From the NCBI GenBank assembly GCA_040753675.1, contig JBFMEB010000005.1:2303-66302 (forward strand): a stretch of 64,000 bases of DNA. The letters are read 5' to 3'. This document shows positions 35,936 through 45,713 of this stretch, piece after piece (positions within the stretch are counted from its first letter, which is position 1; each line of letters opens with the position of its first letter). The notes beneath the pieces are model-generated. The model was not told the DNA's origin, ran no database searches, and saw only the letters and a list, made by a program, of their open reading frames with translations. The translations under genes and the position numbers were made by a program. This DNA comes from Candidatus Omnitrophota bacterium. GTDB lineage: Bacteria; Omnitrophota; Gorgyraeia; JAHJTE01.

Positions 35936-37420
35936 ATGAATGTATTACTTTTGAATATGCCTGTAGTGTTTAATTCCTGGCAAAACTTAGAAATGCCACT
36001 AGGAGTAATGTATATCGCCGCTCAGTTAGAAAGAGAAGGGTATCGGGTTAATATAAAAGATTATGAAGTTGAAAGGTTCGAAAAAAGCGAATTCGAAAAA
36101 CTTATTTCAAGATTTAAGCCAGATGTAATCGGAGTTTCATTCCGTTCTTCATCTTATGCTTCGGCAAAAAAAATTTGCTCTTTGATTAAAAAGATGAATC
36201 CGGATATAAAAATTGTTTTAGGGGGTCAGCATGCAAGCGCTTTTTCACAAGATACGTTGAAGGATATCCTTGCTGATTTTGTGGTTAGAGGAGAAGGCGA
36301 ATATATAATGGCCGAACTATTAGAGGCATTAAGTTTGAGAAAAAATTTTTCTGGAGTTGCTGGTATAACCTACCGCCATAACGGAGAAATCATAGAAAAT
36401 ATCTCTCGCGATAATATTGATAATTTAGACGGACTTGATTTTCCTGCCTGGCACTTAGTTCCCGTTGAGAAATACGTTACCGGATCGATATTAACCAGTA
36501 GAGGCTGTCCTTTTTCCTGTATATATTGCGATAAAGGTATATCTACAAGGAAAGTAAGATTCCGTTCTCCCGAAAATATATATAATGAAATTATTGCTTT
36601 TGAGAAAAAATATAAAAAAGGCAGGATATACTTTGTTGATGATTATTTCTTTTTGAATAAAGAAAGGCTACGGCAGATTTTCGCATTTGTTCTGGGAAAC
36701 GGGGGTTTGAAGATTAGGTGGGTCTGTCAGGCACGAGTCGATGGCGTTAATGATGTTAATTTTCTCCGGCTGGCTAAGAAAGCCGGCTGCGATATGATAA
36801 TCTATGGGGTTGAAACAGGCGATATACAGGAATTGGAATATATAAATAAAAAAGCTACGCTAGAAGATGCTGGCTGTGCGATAAAAATTACTAAAGACGC
36901 AGGTATTAAAACCAGAGTCAATTTTATGATTGGGTTTCCTATTTCTACTATCAAAATGGTAGGGAACTCAATTCGTTTTGCTAAAAAATTGAATGCTAAT
37001 CTTTATAGATTTTTTATAGTTTCTCCGCTACCGAATACGATTTTATGGGACAGGGTAGAAAAGATTTATCCGGATATTTCTCGGGTTGGCTGGGATAAGT
37101 TTGATTTTTATAGCGCAAGTTTTGACACCGCAGAAATCAGTAAAGGAGATTTGGTTAAATACGTTTTAGCCGCTTATATATATGTTTTAAAAAATAGAAC
37201 AATGAGAGAATTAAGTATTGAGTTAGTTTTCCGTTTAGCTAAACTGCTATACCTGTCTATTAGGGTCGGAAAAATGAGGGGAAACTTTTCTAATGCTTTT
37301 CCTGCCTGTGTTAATCTTTTTTTGGAGGGGTGGCAAGTCAGCCGGCATATAGAAAGAGGTAAGAAATTGTCTTATCTAAAAGAAGCTTTTGCCATAGCCA
37401 AGAGGTTTAAGAAGTGTTAA
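35936..37420 (+). CDS. B12-binding (class B) radical SAM enzyme
   Basis: N-terminal B12-binding-like domain (LGVMYIAAQLEREGY). rSAM motif LTSRGCPFSCIYCDKG. FMIGFP motif. 494 aa. Confidence 0.85.
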   Translation: MNVLLLNMPVVFNSWQNLEMPLGVMYIAAQLEREGYRVNIKDYEVERFEKSEFEKLISRFKPDVIGVSFRSSSYASAKKICSLIKKMNPDIKIVLGGQHASAFSQDTLKDILADFVVRGEGEYIMAELLEALSLRKNFSGVAGITYRHNGEIIENISRDNIDNLDGLDFPAWHLVPVEKYVTGSILTSRGCPFSCIYCDKGISTRKVRFRSPENIYNEIIAFEKKYKKGRIYFVDDYFFLNKERLRQIFAFVLGNGGLKIRWVCQARVDGVNDVNFLRLAKKAGCDMIIYGVETGDIQELEYINKKATLEDAGCAIKITKDAGIKTRVNFMIGFPISTIKMVGNSIRFAKKLNANLYRFFIVSPLPNTILWDRVEKIYPDISRVGWDKFDFYSASFDTAEISKGDLVKYVLAAYIYVLKNRTMRELSIELVFRLAKLLYLSIRVGKMRGNFSNAFPACVNLFLEGWQVSRHIERGKKLSYLKEAFAIAKRFKKC

Positions 37421-38670
37421 GTAAACAAGCCAAAGTTTTATATATCACCTACTTGGGAGTTCTTGAGGCAATTCCGCAGTCTCAGGTACTACCGTATCTT
37501 TTTGGGATCTCTAAAGAAGTAGAGATTCATTTGTTGAGCTTCGAGAAGAAGCAGCTGATAAAAAATATGCCAGATGAATTTAGACAAATAAAAGATATAT
37601 TAAATGAGAAAAAAATAGCATGGCATAGATTACCTTATCATAAATATCCTTTGGTGCTGTCTTCATTTTTTGACATTTTTATTGGAAGCATCATTTCTTT
37701 ATTTTTAATTGTCCGTTATAAAATATCTATAGTTCATGCCCGTTCAAACATACCTATTGCTATAGGTTTTATTCTCAAATTATTTTCCGCTCTTACCAGA
37801 GATAGGCTACGCTTCAAACTGCTTTATGACAGGCGAGGCATAATGGCAGAAGACCATACAGAACATAGCGGTTGGAAGCGAGGGGGGCTTCTTTATTGTC
37901 TCGCAGTTTGGTTTGAAAAAAAGGCAATCCACCGCAGCAACGCGATAACTGTTTTGACTGAAAGAATGAATAGGCATTTAAGAGAAACCTTAAACTTAGA
38001 GAAAGATATTTTAATTAAGACTATTCCCTGCTGTATAGACCTTGAGAAATTTAATTATGATAATAACGGAAATGTTAAATTAAGAGACAGTTCTGGTTTA
38101 AGGGGAAAATTTGTATTTGTTTATAGCGGCTCGTTAGGAACTTATAATTTATTAGGGGAAATGTTTGACTTTTTCCGGTTAGCAGTGAGTATGATACCAG
38201 ATGCACATTTTCTTATTCTTACCCAGAATAAAGATATTGTAGTTAACATGTTGGCCAAGAGACAAGATATAGATAGCCAGAGGATAATCCTTAAACATAT
38301 TCCTCCAGATAAAGTCCCAGTTTTTCTCTCTCTGGCGGATGTGGGGTTAATTTTTAGGAGAGACTCTTCTACGGCAATAGCATCTTGTCCTACAAAATTA
38401 GGTGAATATTTGGCTTGCGGCCTGCCGGTTATATCAATATCCAAGATTGGCGATGTGGACGAAATGTTAAAGTCTCATAAAATAGGCGTGATATTAAATA
38501 GTTACGAGGCAAGCGAATATCAAGAGGCAATTGGAAGATTATTATTTTTACTGAAAGAAAAAGATGATTTAAGAAAACGTTGCCGGAATTTTTCGGAGAA
38601 TTATTTTTCTCTGGAACGCGGCATAAATGCCTATTTAGATATATATAGTAATTTGTTAGAAAAGAGATGA
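37414..38670 (+). CDS. Glycosyltransferase family 4-like (GT-B, retaining)
   Basis: C-terminal PTKLGEYLACGLPVIS (the E-x7-E-like region of GT4). 418 aa. Confidence 0.78.
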   Translation: MLSKQAKVLYITYLGVLEAIPQSQVLPYLFGISKEVEIHLLSFEKKQLIKNMPDEFRQIKDILNEKKIAWHRLPYHKYPLVLSSFFDIFIGSIISLFLIVRYKISIVHARSNIPIAIGFILKLFSALTRDRLRFKLLYDRRGIMAEDHTEHSGWKRGGLLYCLAVWFEKKAIHRSNAITVLTERMNRHLRETLNLEKDILIKTIPCCIDLEKFNYDNNGNVKLRDSSGLRGKFVFVYSGSLGTYNLLGEMFDFFRLAVSMIPDAHFLILTQNKDIVVNMLAKRQDIDSQRIILKHIPPDKVPVFLSLADVGLIFRRDSSTAIASCPTKLGEYLACGLPVISISKIGDVDEMLKSHKIGVILNSYEASEYQEAIGRLLFLLKEKDDLRKRCRNFSENYFSLERGINAYLDIYSNLLEKR

Positions 38671-39797
38671 GAATTTGTTTTTTTACTAAATATGAAGTAA
38701 ATCAGGCTAGTAGTCGAGAGCGAATCGGTGCTTATCTTGAATTTCTAAATGACAGAGGCCATACCTATCGCATAATTTCTGTTATCCCTAATAAGTTAAG
38801 GCGACTCGGAATGGGGCAGTCTAATTTCTTTTGGTTATTCTATAAGCTCTATTGCTTTTGGTATAGTGGGATATCTAGATATCTGAAATGTCTCTGTTTA
38901 ATAAGTACTGCTAAAGGATTTAACCTTATAGTCATCCAAAAGGTAAATCTACCTTATATTTTATTGAGATTACTAAGGGCAAGGAATAAGAATATTATTT
39001 TTGATTTTGATGATTTATGTTTTTTTTATCCTGATTCAGAAAGAATTAGCGTCTGCCAGAGGTTAAAATTAGCGTGGAGATTGTGGTATCAAAATCCAAA
39101 TGTTTTACGTTTGTTTAAACATATAATCGCCGGGAATGAATATCTGGCTAAGATATCTAAGGATTCGCAACAGCCAGCAGTCACTGTTATACCTACTGCC
39201 GTTGATTGCAATTTGTATTTTCCTGGCATAAAAAATAATAATTCTCCTTTAATTATCGGTTTTTCAGGCGCAGGGGAAAATCATCTTGAGAATCTAAAGT
39301 TATTAGTAAGGCCTTTAAACACAATAAGTAAGACCTATCCGATTATATTTAAGTTAATAGGAGCAATGCATTCAAAAAAAATAAAATCGATGTTTTGCTC
39401 AGGTGCTTATAAGTTCATATGTATTGACTGGCTAAGTGTTAATGAATTGCCGGAAGCGATAAGATCCTTTGATATTGGCGTTATGCCTCTTGTGGATGAT
39501 AATCAGGCAAAAGGTAAATGTGGCTTTAAGGCATTGTTATATATGGCTAGCGCAGTGGCAACTGTGGCTTCTCCGGTAGGCGTCATTAGAGATATAATAC
39601 AGGATGGAATTAACGGCCTGTGGGCTAAAGGCGAGGATGAATGGATTGAGAAGTTATTGTTACTTATTGAAAATAAAGATTTAAGGCGTAATCTTGCAAT
39701 TGAAGGCAGGAAGACAGTAGAGAGAAGTTATTCTTTGCGGAAGATTTCAGATATATTTATTAATACACTCGAAAGTGTATCTAATGTTAATAATTAA
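38667..39797 (+). CDS. Glycosyltransferase family 4-like (GT-B)
   Basis: C-terminal GFKALLYMASAVATVASPVGVIRDIIQDGINGLW. 376 aa. Confidence 0.72.
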   Translation: MRICFFTKYEVNQASSRERIGAYLEFLNDRGHTYRIISVIPNKLRRLGMGQSNFFWLFYKLYCFWYSGISRYLKCLCLISTAKGFNLIVIQKVNLPYILLRLLRARNKNIIFDFDDLCFFYPDSERISVCQRLKLAWRLWYQNPNVLRLFKHIIAGNEYLAKISKDSQQPAVTVIPTAVDCNLYFPGIKNNNSPLIIGFSGAGENHLENLKLLVRPLNTISKTYPIIFKLIGAMHSKKIKSMFCSGAYKFICIDWLSVNELPEAIRSFDIGVMPLVDDNQAKGKCGFKALLYMASAVATVASPVGVIRDIIQDGINGLWAKGEDEWIEKLLLLIENKDLRRNLAIEGRKTVERSYSLRKISDIFINTLESVSNVNN

Positions 39798-39811
39798 TCT
39801 GATTTTAAGCT

Positions 39812-41224
39812 ATGAAAGTACTATTAATTTATCCTCCAAAATTTAATTTAGTAACACCGGCTTTACCTGAAGTTCAAGAGCGTGGATTAGGTTTTTTTCC
39901 TCCTTTAGGACTTATGTATATAGCCGCTCATCTAAAAAAATATACCCAACATAATGTAGAGATACTCGATGCAGATGTTGAACGGTTAAGTTATGAAGAA
40001 ATTAGAGATGAAGTTAAGATGAGGAAGCCGGACGTGGTTGGAATTACTGCCATGACTTATATGTTATACGATGCTATTTCTGTGGCTAGAGTTGTCAAGG
40101 AGGCAGATAAAAATATTCATATAAATTTAGGCGGACCACATGTAAATATTTACCCCCAAGAAACCATCAATTTTCCTTTTGTTGATTCAGTTACGTTAGG
40201 AGAAGGTGAAATTACCCTTACTGAATTCGTTGATGCTTTATCCCAGAAAGATTCTCTAAAACGAATAAAAGGGATAGTCTACAAAGAAAACGGTAATATA
40301 TTTTATAACGAACCTAGAGAATTGGTTAAAGATATTGATATCTTGCCTTATCCAGACAGAAGAATTATAAATTATAAGAAATATTATAACATAATGAGCA
40401 GAAATCAGATAAGTACAACTATGATTACTTCTCGAGGTTGCTCTAATAGATGCATTTTTTGTGATATACCTCATAAGACAGTGCGATATCGTTCAATTGA
40501 AAACGTTTTAGAAGAAGTAAAGGATTGTTTGAAGTTAGGGGTTAGAGAGATATATTTTTATGATGATACTTTCAATTTAGACAAAAGAAGGGTTATAGAA
40601 TTTTGTAGTAAGATTATTGAAGAAGGGTTTAAATTTTCTTGGACATTTAGAGGTAGGATTAAACCTTTAGATGAGGAGATGCTGGCTAAGTTAAGCAAAG
40701 CAGGCTGCCAGAGAATACAATTTGGCGTAGAGTCTGGAAATGAAGAGATATTAAAACTCATAAGGAAGAATATCACTTTAGAAGAAGTTAAACAAGCCTT
40801 TAGATTAACTAGAAAATTTGGAATCAGTTCATCGGCCTATTTTATGATTGGGTTTCCTAATGAAAGTAAGGAGATGGTTTTAGAGACTATTAAATTTGTC
40901 AATGAATTAAATCCAGACTATGTGGCCTTTTCAGTGACCCAGCCCTTTCCAAATACAGAACTTTATAAAATGGGACTAGAGAGGGGTATTTTTAAGACTG
41001 ATTTTTGGAAGGATTTCGCTTGTAATCCAAAGATTAATTTTGCTCCATTTTTGTGGGAAGAGACTTTGTCACGAGAACAAATGTATGAGTTGCAGAGAGT
41101 TGCGTTAAGGAGTTTCTATCTTAGGCCGAGATATTTAATAAAATCAGTTCTTGATTGTAGGAGTCCAAGAGAATTTTTAAGAAAATTATATGGCGGAATC
41201 AAATTATTTATAGGACTTTGTTAA
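39812..41224 (+). CDS. B12-binding (class B) radical SAM enzyme
   Basis: MKVLLIYPPKFNL..LGLMYIAAHLKK B12-like domain. ITSRGCSNRCIFCDIP. FMIGFPNE. 470 aa. A close paralog of 51271, 52693 and 54145. Confidence 0.85.
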   Translation: MKVLLIYPPKFNLVTPALPEVQERGLGFFPPLGLMYIAAHLKKYTQHNVEILDADVERLSYEEIRDEVKMRKPDVVGITAMTYMLYDAISVARVVKEADKNIHINLGGPHVNIYPQETINFPFVDSVTLGEGEITLTEFVDALSQKDSLKRIKGIVYKENGNIFYNEPRELVKDIDILPYPDRRIINYKKYYNIMSRNQISTTMITSRGCSNRCIFCDIPHKTVRYRSIENVLEEVKDCLKLGVREIYFYDDTFNLDKRRVIEFCSKIIEEGFKFSWTFRGRIKPLDEEMLAKLSKAGCQRIQFGVESGNEEILKLIRKNITLEEVKQAFRLTRKFGISSSAYFMIGFPNESKEMVLETIKFVNELNPDYVAFSVTQPFPNTELYKMGLERGIFKTDFWKDFACNPKINFAPFLWEETLSREQMYELQRVALRSFYLRPRYLIKSVLDCRSPREFLRKLYGGIKLFIGLC

Positions 41225-41257
41225 AAATCACCTATAGCAAGCATTTTTAAAAATACG

Positions 41258-41281
41258 TAACTTATGATTTTACATAAGTTA
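41258..41281 (+). terminator. Possible hairpin (taacttatg-atttta-cataagtta) in the 103-bp gap after the rSAM gene
   Basis: 9-bp perfect stem with a 6-nt loop. The T7 run lies about 20 nt downstream rather than adjacent, so a terminator call is weak. It may instead be an operator. Confidence 0.25.
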
Positions 41282-41327
41282 TGTTATTGTCTACATAAAA
41301 TTTTTTTAAATTTAATAAAGTGTAGTT

Positions 41328-41945
41328 ATGAACAAAAAATTTTTAAATTTTCTGATTAGATTGCAAAAGAAACAGAACGAACTATTTGATTTTATCGTAT
41401 TTTTCAATGATCTGATTATGAAACTAATGTTAAATAGAAGACAAAAAGCACTATTAAAAAATTACTACTCAGAATTTACAATCTTAGAAAAAAAATATTA
41501 CATTTCCATATTAAGATTTAATAGGCTAGGCGAAATATATCAATTTTTTAACCTTTCTTTTAACAACAATTCTGCTAATTTCTTTTTGCCACATAAAACC
41601 GATTTAAAATCTTTGAAGAAAATTTTTAGAAGAATTTCTTATGTCCCCTTAGGAATATTTTATGAGGATACAATTATCGGGTATGCGTTAATTAGATTAT
41701 TTTTCCCTTGCGTTGCTTCCTATTTCATATCTATTGCCAATCAATGGCAAGGCAAGGGCATTGGTACTGCGGCATTAGAAAGGCAGTTAGCCTTAATAAA
41801 TATACTTAATTTCCAGCCCTATTCTATGGTAAACAAGAATAACCTAAAGTCTATAAAAATGCTTAAGAAATTAAACATTGAGTTTGGTAAAGATTTAGGG
41901 GCTTTTTTTGAGGTAAAGGATCGTGTTGGTGCTAATAAGAATTAG
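41328..41945 (+). CDS. GNAT family N-acetyltransferase (start uncertain)
   Basis: C-terminal half IGYALIRLF...IANQWQGKGIGTAALERQLALI with Q/RxxGxG/A acetyl-CoA motif. The N-terminal 80 aa are low-complexity, so the true start may be downstream. Confidence 0.55.
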   Translation: MNKKFLNFLIRLQKKQNELFDFIVFFNDLIMKLMLNRRQKALLKNYYSEFTILEKKYYISILRFNRLGEIYQFFNLSFNNNSANFFLPHKTDLKSLKKIFRRISYVPLGIFYEDTIIGYALIRLFFPCVASYFISIANQWQGKGIGTAALERQLALINILNFQPYSMVNKNNLKSIKMLKKLNIEFGKDLGAFFEVKDRVGANKN

Positions 41946-42956
41946 ATGAATCACGAAAAAAAATTATTGATAAGCGTAGATATGGATACATTTACTTCAT
42001 TATCAAATTATTATGGAGTTAAAGATGTTAAATATATAAAAGACGAAATATATGAAATCGCAATACCACGCATATTAGGATTATTTAAGAGGTTTAATAT
42101 AAAAGCAACCTTTTTTATCTGTAGTAAGGATTTTTCTGACAGAGAAGACGTTTGTTTCTGGATAAAAAAAATAAAAGAAAATGGCCATGAACTAGCAAAT
42201 CATTCTTTAAGCCATAGATATGGCATCTCGCTGTTGTCTTTTAAGCAGATCGAACGGGAGATAATCGGAAATCATAATTTAATAAAAGAATATTTTGATT
42301 GTGATTGTGTCGGATTCAGAGCTCCGGGTTATAACATAAGCACTGCAATTGTTAAGATTTTAGAAAAAAACGGTTACTTATACGACTCTTCATTATTTCC
42401 TACATCACTAACGCTTTTTTACAAGGTTTATCACTGTCTTTTGGTTATAAATAAAGAAAAAAAGGTTTACGATGGAATGGATAATATGTTTTCGTTTTTT
42501 TTGCCTGCACAGCCGTATTTGATAACCAGCGCTAATTATTGTCAGAAGGCTAGAGGCAAAAACGGTTCTTTTATCCTTGAGATACCTATTGCTACAAGCA
42601 GGTTTTTGAAACTCCCTTTTTATTTCAATTTCCATCTGCTTTTCAGTGAAAAGATGCTAAAGATAATTTTTAGCAAGGAAAATCGTCATTGCATAAATTA
42701 TCTGTTACACGCGGTAGATTTTGTTGATTATTATAAAGATAAGATAGACGAGAGATTTGCCTGCGTTGTGAATATAAAACGCCCGCTTGCAGAAAAAATG
42801 GAAAAAATCGACTTAATTATATCCAGTTTATTAAATAATCAATATAAAGTCATATTATTATCATCCTTTGCAAAAGAACTAATTAAATCAGGAAGAAGTT
42901 GCGGGTTGCACGTAGACGATGAAGAGAGCCAAAAATGGAGAATAAAAAAATATTAA
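41946..42956 (+). CDS. Polysaccharide deacetylase (CE4 / NodB homology domain)
   Basis: LLISVDMDT (Asp motif) and HELANHSLSH (His-His metal motif). 336 aa. Confidence 0.78.
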   Translation: MNHEKKLLISVDMDTFTSLSNYYGVKDVKYIKDEIYEIAIPRILGLFKRFNIKATFFICSKDFSDREDVCFWIKKIKENGHELANHSLSHRYGISLLSFKQIEREIIGNHNLIKEYFDCDCVGFRAPGYNISTAIVKILEKNGYLYDSSLFPTSLTLFYKVYHCLLVINKEKKVYDGMDNMFSFFLPAQPYLITSANYCQKARGKNGSFILEIPIATSRFLKLPFYFNFHLLFSEKMLKIIFSKENRHCINYLLHAVDFVDYYKDKIDERFACVVNIKRPLAEKMEKIDLIISSLLNNQYKVILLSSFAKELIKSGRSCGLHVDDEESQKWRIKKY

Positions 42957-43933
42957 TTACAGGTATAGCAGGATTCATCGGTTCTCATTTAGCCGATGAA
43001 TTATTAGCTAGGGGTTATAAGGTTTGCGGTATAGATAATTTATCAATGGGCAAGATTGAAAATATTGAACATAATTTAAGCAACCCTCAATTTGTTTTTA
43101 AGAAAATTGATGTTCGTAATTTAAGTCTACTTAAAGAGACTGCTTCTGATAGTGTTGCTATAGTACATCTAGCGGCTTTTAAAATTCCTCGTTATGGGAA
43201 TTCACTGGATACTTTGTTAATAAATACTAAAGGCACAGAAAATGTATTTGAAGTGGCAAAGGAAATTGGCTGTAAAGTTATCTTTGCTTCCACATCCGAT
43301 GTTTATGGAAAGAATCCTAATTTACCATTCAAAGAAGACAGCAATTTAGTTTATGGCCCTAGCAATATAGCTAGGTGGAGTTATGCAGTATCCAAGTTAT
43401 TTGATGAGCACATGGCATTTGGTTACCAAGAATCTTTTGGTATTCCTGTAGTTATCTTGAGATTCTTTGGTGCTTATGGACCACGACAACATCTTTCTTG
43501 GTGGGGTGGCCCGCAATCTGTTTTTATAAGCGCCATTTTAAAAGATGAAGAAATACAAATTCATGGCGACGGAACTCAAAGAAGGACTTTTATCTACATC
43601 GAGGATTTAATCTATGGGGTAATGGCGGCGATTGAAAGAAAAGATGCGATCGGAGAGATTTTTAATCTTGGCACTACCGAAGAGATAAGCATATTGGATT
43701 TGGCGCGTTTAATAAAAAAACTCTGTGATACCAAGGATGAGATAAGGCTTAAGTTTGTGCCGTATTCAAGCCTTTCAAGTAATTATGAGGACGTCAGAAG
43801 GCGGATTCCTGATATCGCAAAGGCGCAAAGTATTTTAGGTTTTCAGCCCAAGATTAATCTTCGGGAAGGAATTAAGATGACTATTGGGTGGCAACGAAAT
43901 ATATTGGGCAAGATACCAGTAACAGAAAAATAA
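42935..43933 (+). CDS. NAD-dependent epimerase/dehydratase (extended SDR, UDP-glucuronate decarboxylase / UDP-sugar 4-epimerase-like)
   Basis: ILITGIAGFIGSHLADELLARGYKV, catalytic YAVSK. 332 aa. Confidence 0.85.
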   Translation: MENKKILITGIAGFIGSHLADELLARGYKVCGIDNLSMGKIENIEHNLSNPQFVFKKIDVRNLSLLKETASDSVAIVHLAAFKIPRYGNSLDTLLINTKGTENVFEVAKEIGCKVIFASTSDVYGKNPNLPFKEDSNLVYGPSNIARWSYAVSKLFDEHMAFGYQESFGIPVVILRFFGAYGPRQHLSWWGGPQSVFISAILKDEEIQIHGDGTQRRTFIYIEDLIYGVMAAIERKDAIGEIFNLGTTEEISILDLARLIKKLCDTKDEIRLKFVPYSSLSSNYEDVRRRIPDIAKAQSILGFQPKINLREGIKMTIGWQRNILGKIPVTEK

Positions 43934-43951
43934 GAGGAAAGGCAGGTTAAG

Positions 43952-44548
43952 ATGAATGTTTATAATATAGATGGAAAATTAGTAGGGTTTAGGCCATTAG
44001 AAGAAAAGGACTTAAACGGCAATTGGTTTAATTGGTTTAATGATCCAGAGGTTACAAAATATCTCTCTCGAGGAGCTATACCGAATACAAAAGAACAGCA
44101 AAGATTGTTTCTTCAAAATAATATAGCGGATGCTACAAATCAGATTATCTTTGCCGTAGTAGATAAAAAGAGCAGAAGACATATTGGCGTAGCTTCGATA
44201 CGTAATATTGATTGGGTTCATCGCAATGGAGATATAGCTATAATTATTGGAGAAAAAGATTTCTGGCGAGGAGGGTATGCTTTAGAAATATATTATTTAA
44301 TTGTAAAATATAGCTTTGAAACTTTAAATTTACATAGATTAGTTACGGCAACTATAGCAGAAAATAAAATTTCTTTGAAATATTGTGAGATTTTGGGATT
44401 TAAAAATTTTGGAGTTGGCAAAGAAGTATTTTTTAAAAGCGGCCATTATCTTGATTGTGTATATTCAGAGCTTTTAGAGAACGATTGGAAAATGATCCAA
44501 GACGATAGCGAAGAAAAAAATAAACAACTTAAAAAGAGAAAGAAATGA
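43952..44548 (+). CDS. GNAT family N-acetyltransferase (RimL/Acetyltransf_3-like)
   Basis: 198 aa. WFNDPEVTKYL and IGVASIRNIDWVHRNGDIAIIIG pattern. Confidence 0.72.
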   Translation: MNVYNIDGKLVGFRPLEEKDLNGNWFNWFNDPEVTKYLSRGAIPNTKEQQRLFLQNNIADATNQIIFAVVDKKSRRHIGVASIRNIDWVHRNGDIAIIIGEKDFWRGGYALEIYYLIVKYSFETLNLHRLVTATIAENKISLKYCEILGFKNFGVGKEVFFKSGHYLDCVYSELLENDWKMIQDDSEEKNKQLKKRKK

Positions 44549-44961
44549 AAAAATATAGCTTTGAGGATATTAAGGTAGGTATGAGTCGCTCTTTACAATT
44601 TAATGTAACAGATAAACTTGTCGATGATTTTTGTAAATTGTCAGGTGATTATTCAGATATTCACTGCTCTGTAGATTTTGCGAATAAGCAAGGTTTTCCC
44701 AATAGAATAGCACATGGGATGCTCATAGGAGCTTTTATATCGAGACTTATTGGCATGGAGTTACCGGGTAAATTTGGATTATTACATAGTATGAATCTTA
44801 AATTTCATAAACCATGCTTTCCTGGAGATACTATTAAGATGACCGGAGTTGTTTTAGAGAAAATAAAAGCGGTAAAAACAATTATAGTCGGTGTAAGGGT
44901 TACTAAAAAAAATAGAATTTTGTTAATCTCAGGCACTGTACAAGCGGGGGTTATCAAATGA
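44545..44961 (+). CDS. MaoC-like (R)-specific enoyl-CoA/ACP hydratase, hot-dog fold
   Basis: 138 aa. IAHGMLIGAFISRLIG is the MaoC dehydratase signature. Confidence 0.8.
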   Translation: MKKYSFEDIKVGMSRSLQFNVTDKLVDDFCKLSGDYSDIHCSVDFANKQGFPNRIAHGMLIGAFISRLIGMELPGKFGLLHSMNLKFHKPCFPGDTIKMTGVVLEKIKAVKTIIVGVRVTKKNRILLISGTVQAGVIK

Positions 44962-45713
44962 TTAATAGAAAAAAAATAATATTAATTACGGGTGGCAGTC
45001 GTGGTATTGGCTCAGAAATTGCTAAGACTATAGCGAATAAAGAAAGGATTATTTATATTAACTATTACAAAAATAGAACTAAAGCAGAACAAACAGCGAG
45101 CGTTATCAACAAGAAAGGATTTAGCGCCAAAATAATACAAGCTGATGTGTCGAATGAAAAAGATGTCAAGATGATGATAAACTCGATTATAAAAGAAAGT
45201 AAATATATTGATGTTTTAATAAATAATGCAACTCCTACTTTGAGCCAAAAGAATTTTTTTAATTTATCTTGGAAAGATTTTCAAAAACAGCTTGATGTAT
45301 TAGTAAAAGGAGCCTTTTATTGTTCAAATAAAGCTTCTGAAGTTATGAAACAACAAAAAAGCGGACATATTGTTACACTTCTTTCTTCTTGCGTATTTGG
45401 ATTGCCGCCTGCTAATTTGGCACACTATGTTATAGCTAAATATGGACTTATGGGTTTGTGTAAAAGCATGGCAGTGGAGTTGGTAAGATTTGGCATCAGG
45501 GTGAATATGGTTTCGCCCTTTATTACTGTGGGTACGGATTTGACAGCTAAATTATTCCCTGAACGTCTATTGGAAATAATACAGCAACAGCATCCTTTAA
45601 AGCGGTTAGCTACTATTAAAGACACAGCAGAGATAGTGAATTTTTTAATTTCTGAAAAAGCCAGTTATCTTAACTCTGTAAATATTCCAATTACAGGGGG
45701 GGTTGTGGGTTAA
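44958..45713 (+). CDS. Short-chain dehydrogenase/reductase (FabG-like 3-oxoacyl-ACP reductase family)
   Basis: ILITGGSRGIGSEIAK, NNA, YVIAKYGLMGLCKS (YxxxK). 251 aa. Confidence 0.85.
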   Translation: MINRKKIILITGGSRGIGSEIAKTIANKERIIYINYYKNRTKAEQTASVINKKGFSAKIIQADVSNEKDVKMMINSIIKESKYIDVLINNATPTLSQKNFFNLSWKDFQKQLDVLVKGAFYCSNKASEVMKQQKSGHIVTLLSSCVFGLPPANLAHYVIAKYGLMGLCKSMAVELVRFGIRVNMVSPFITVGTDLTAKLFPERLLEIIQQQHPLKRLATIKDTAEIVNFLISEKASYLNSVNIPITGGVVG

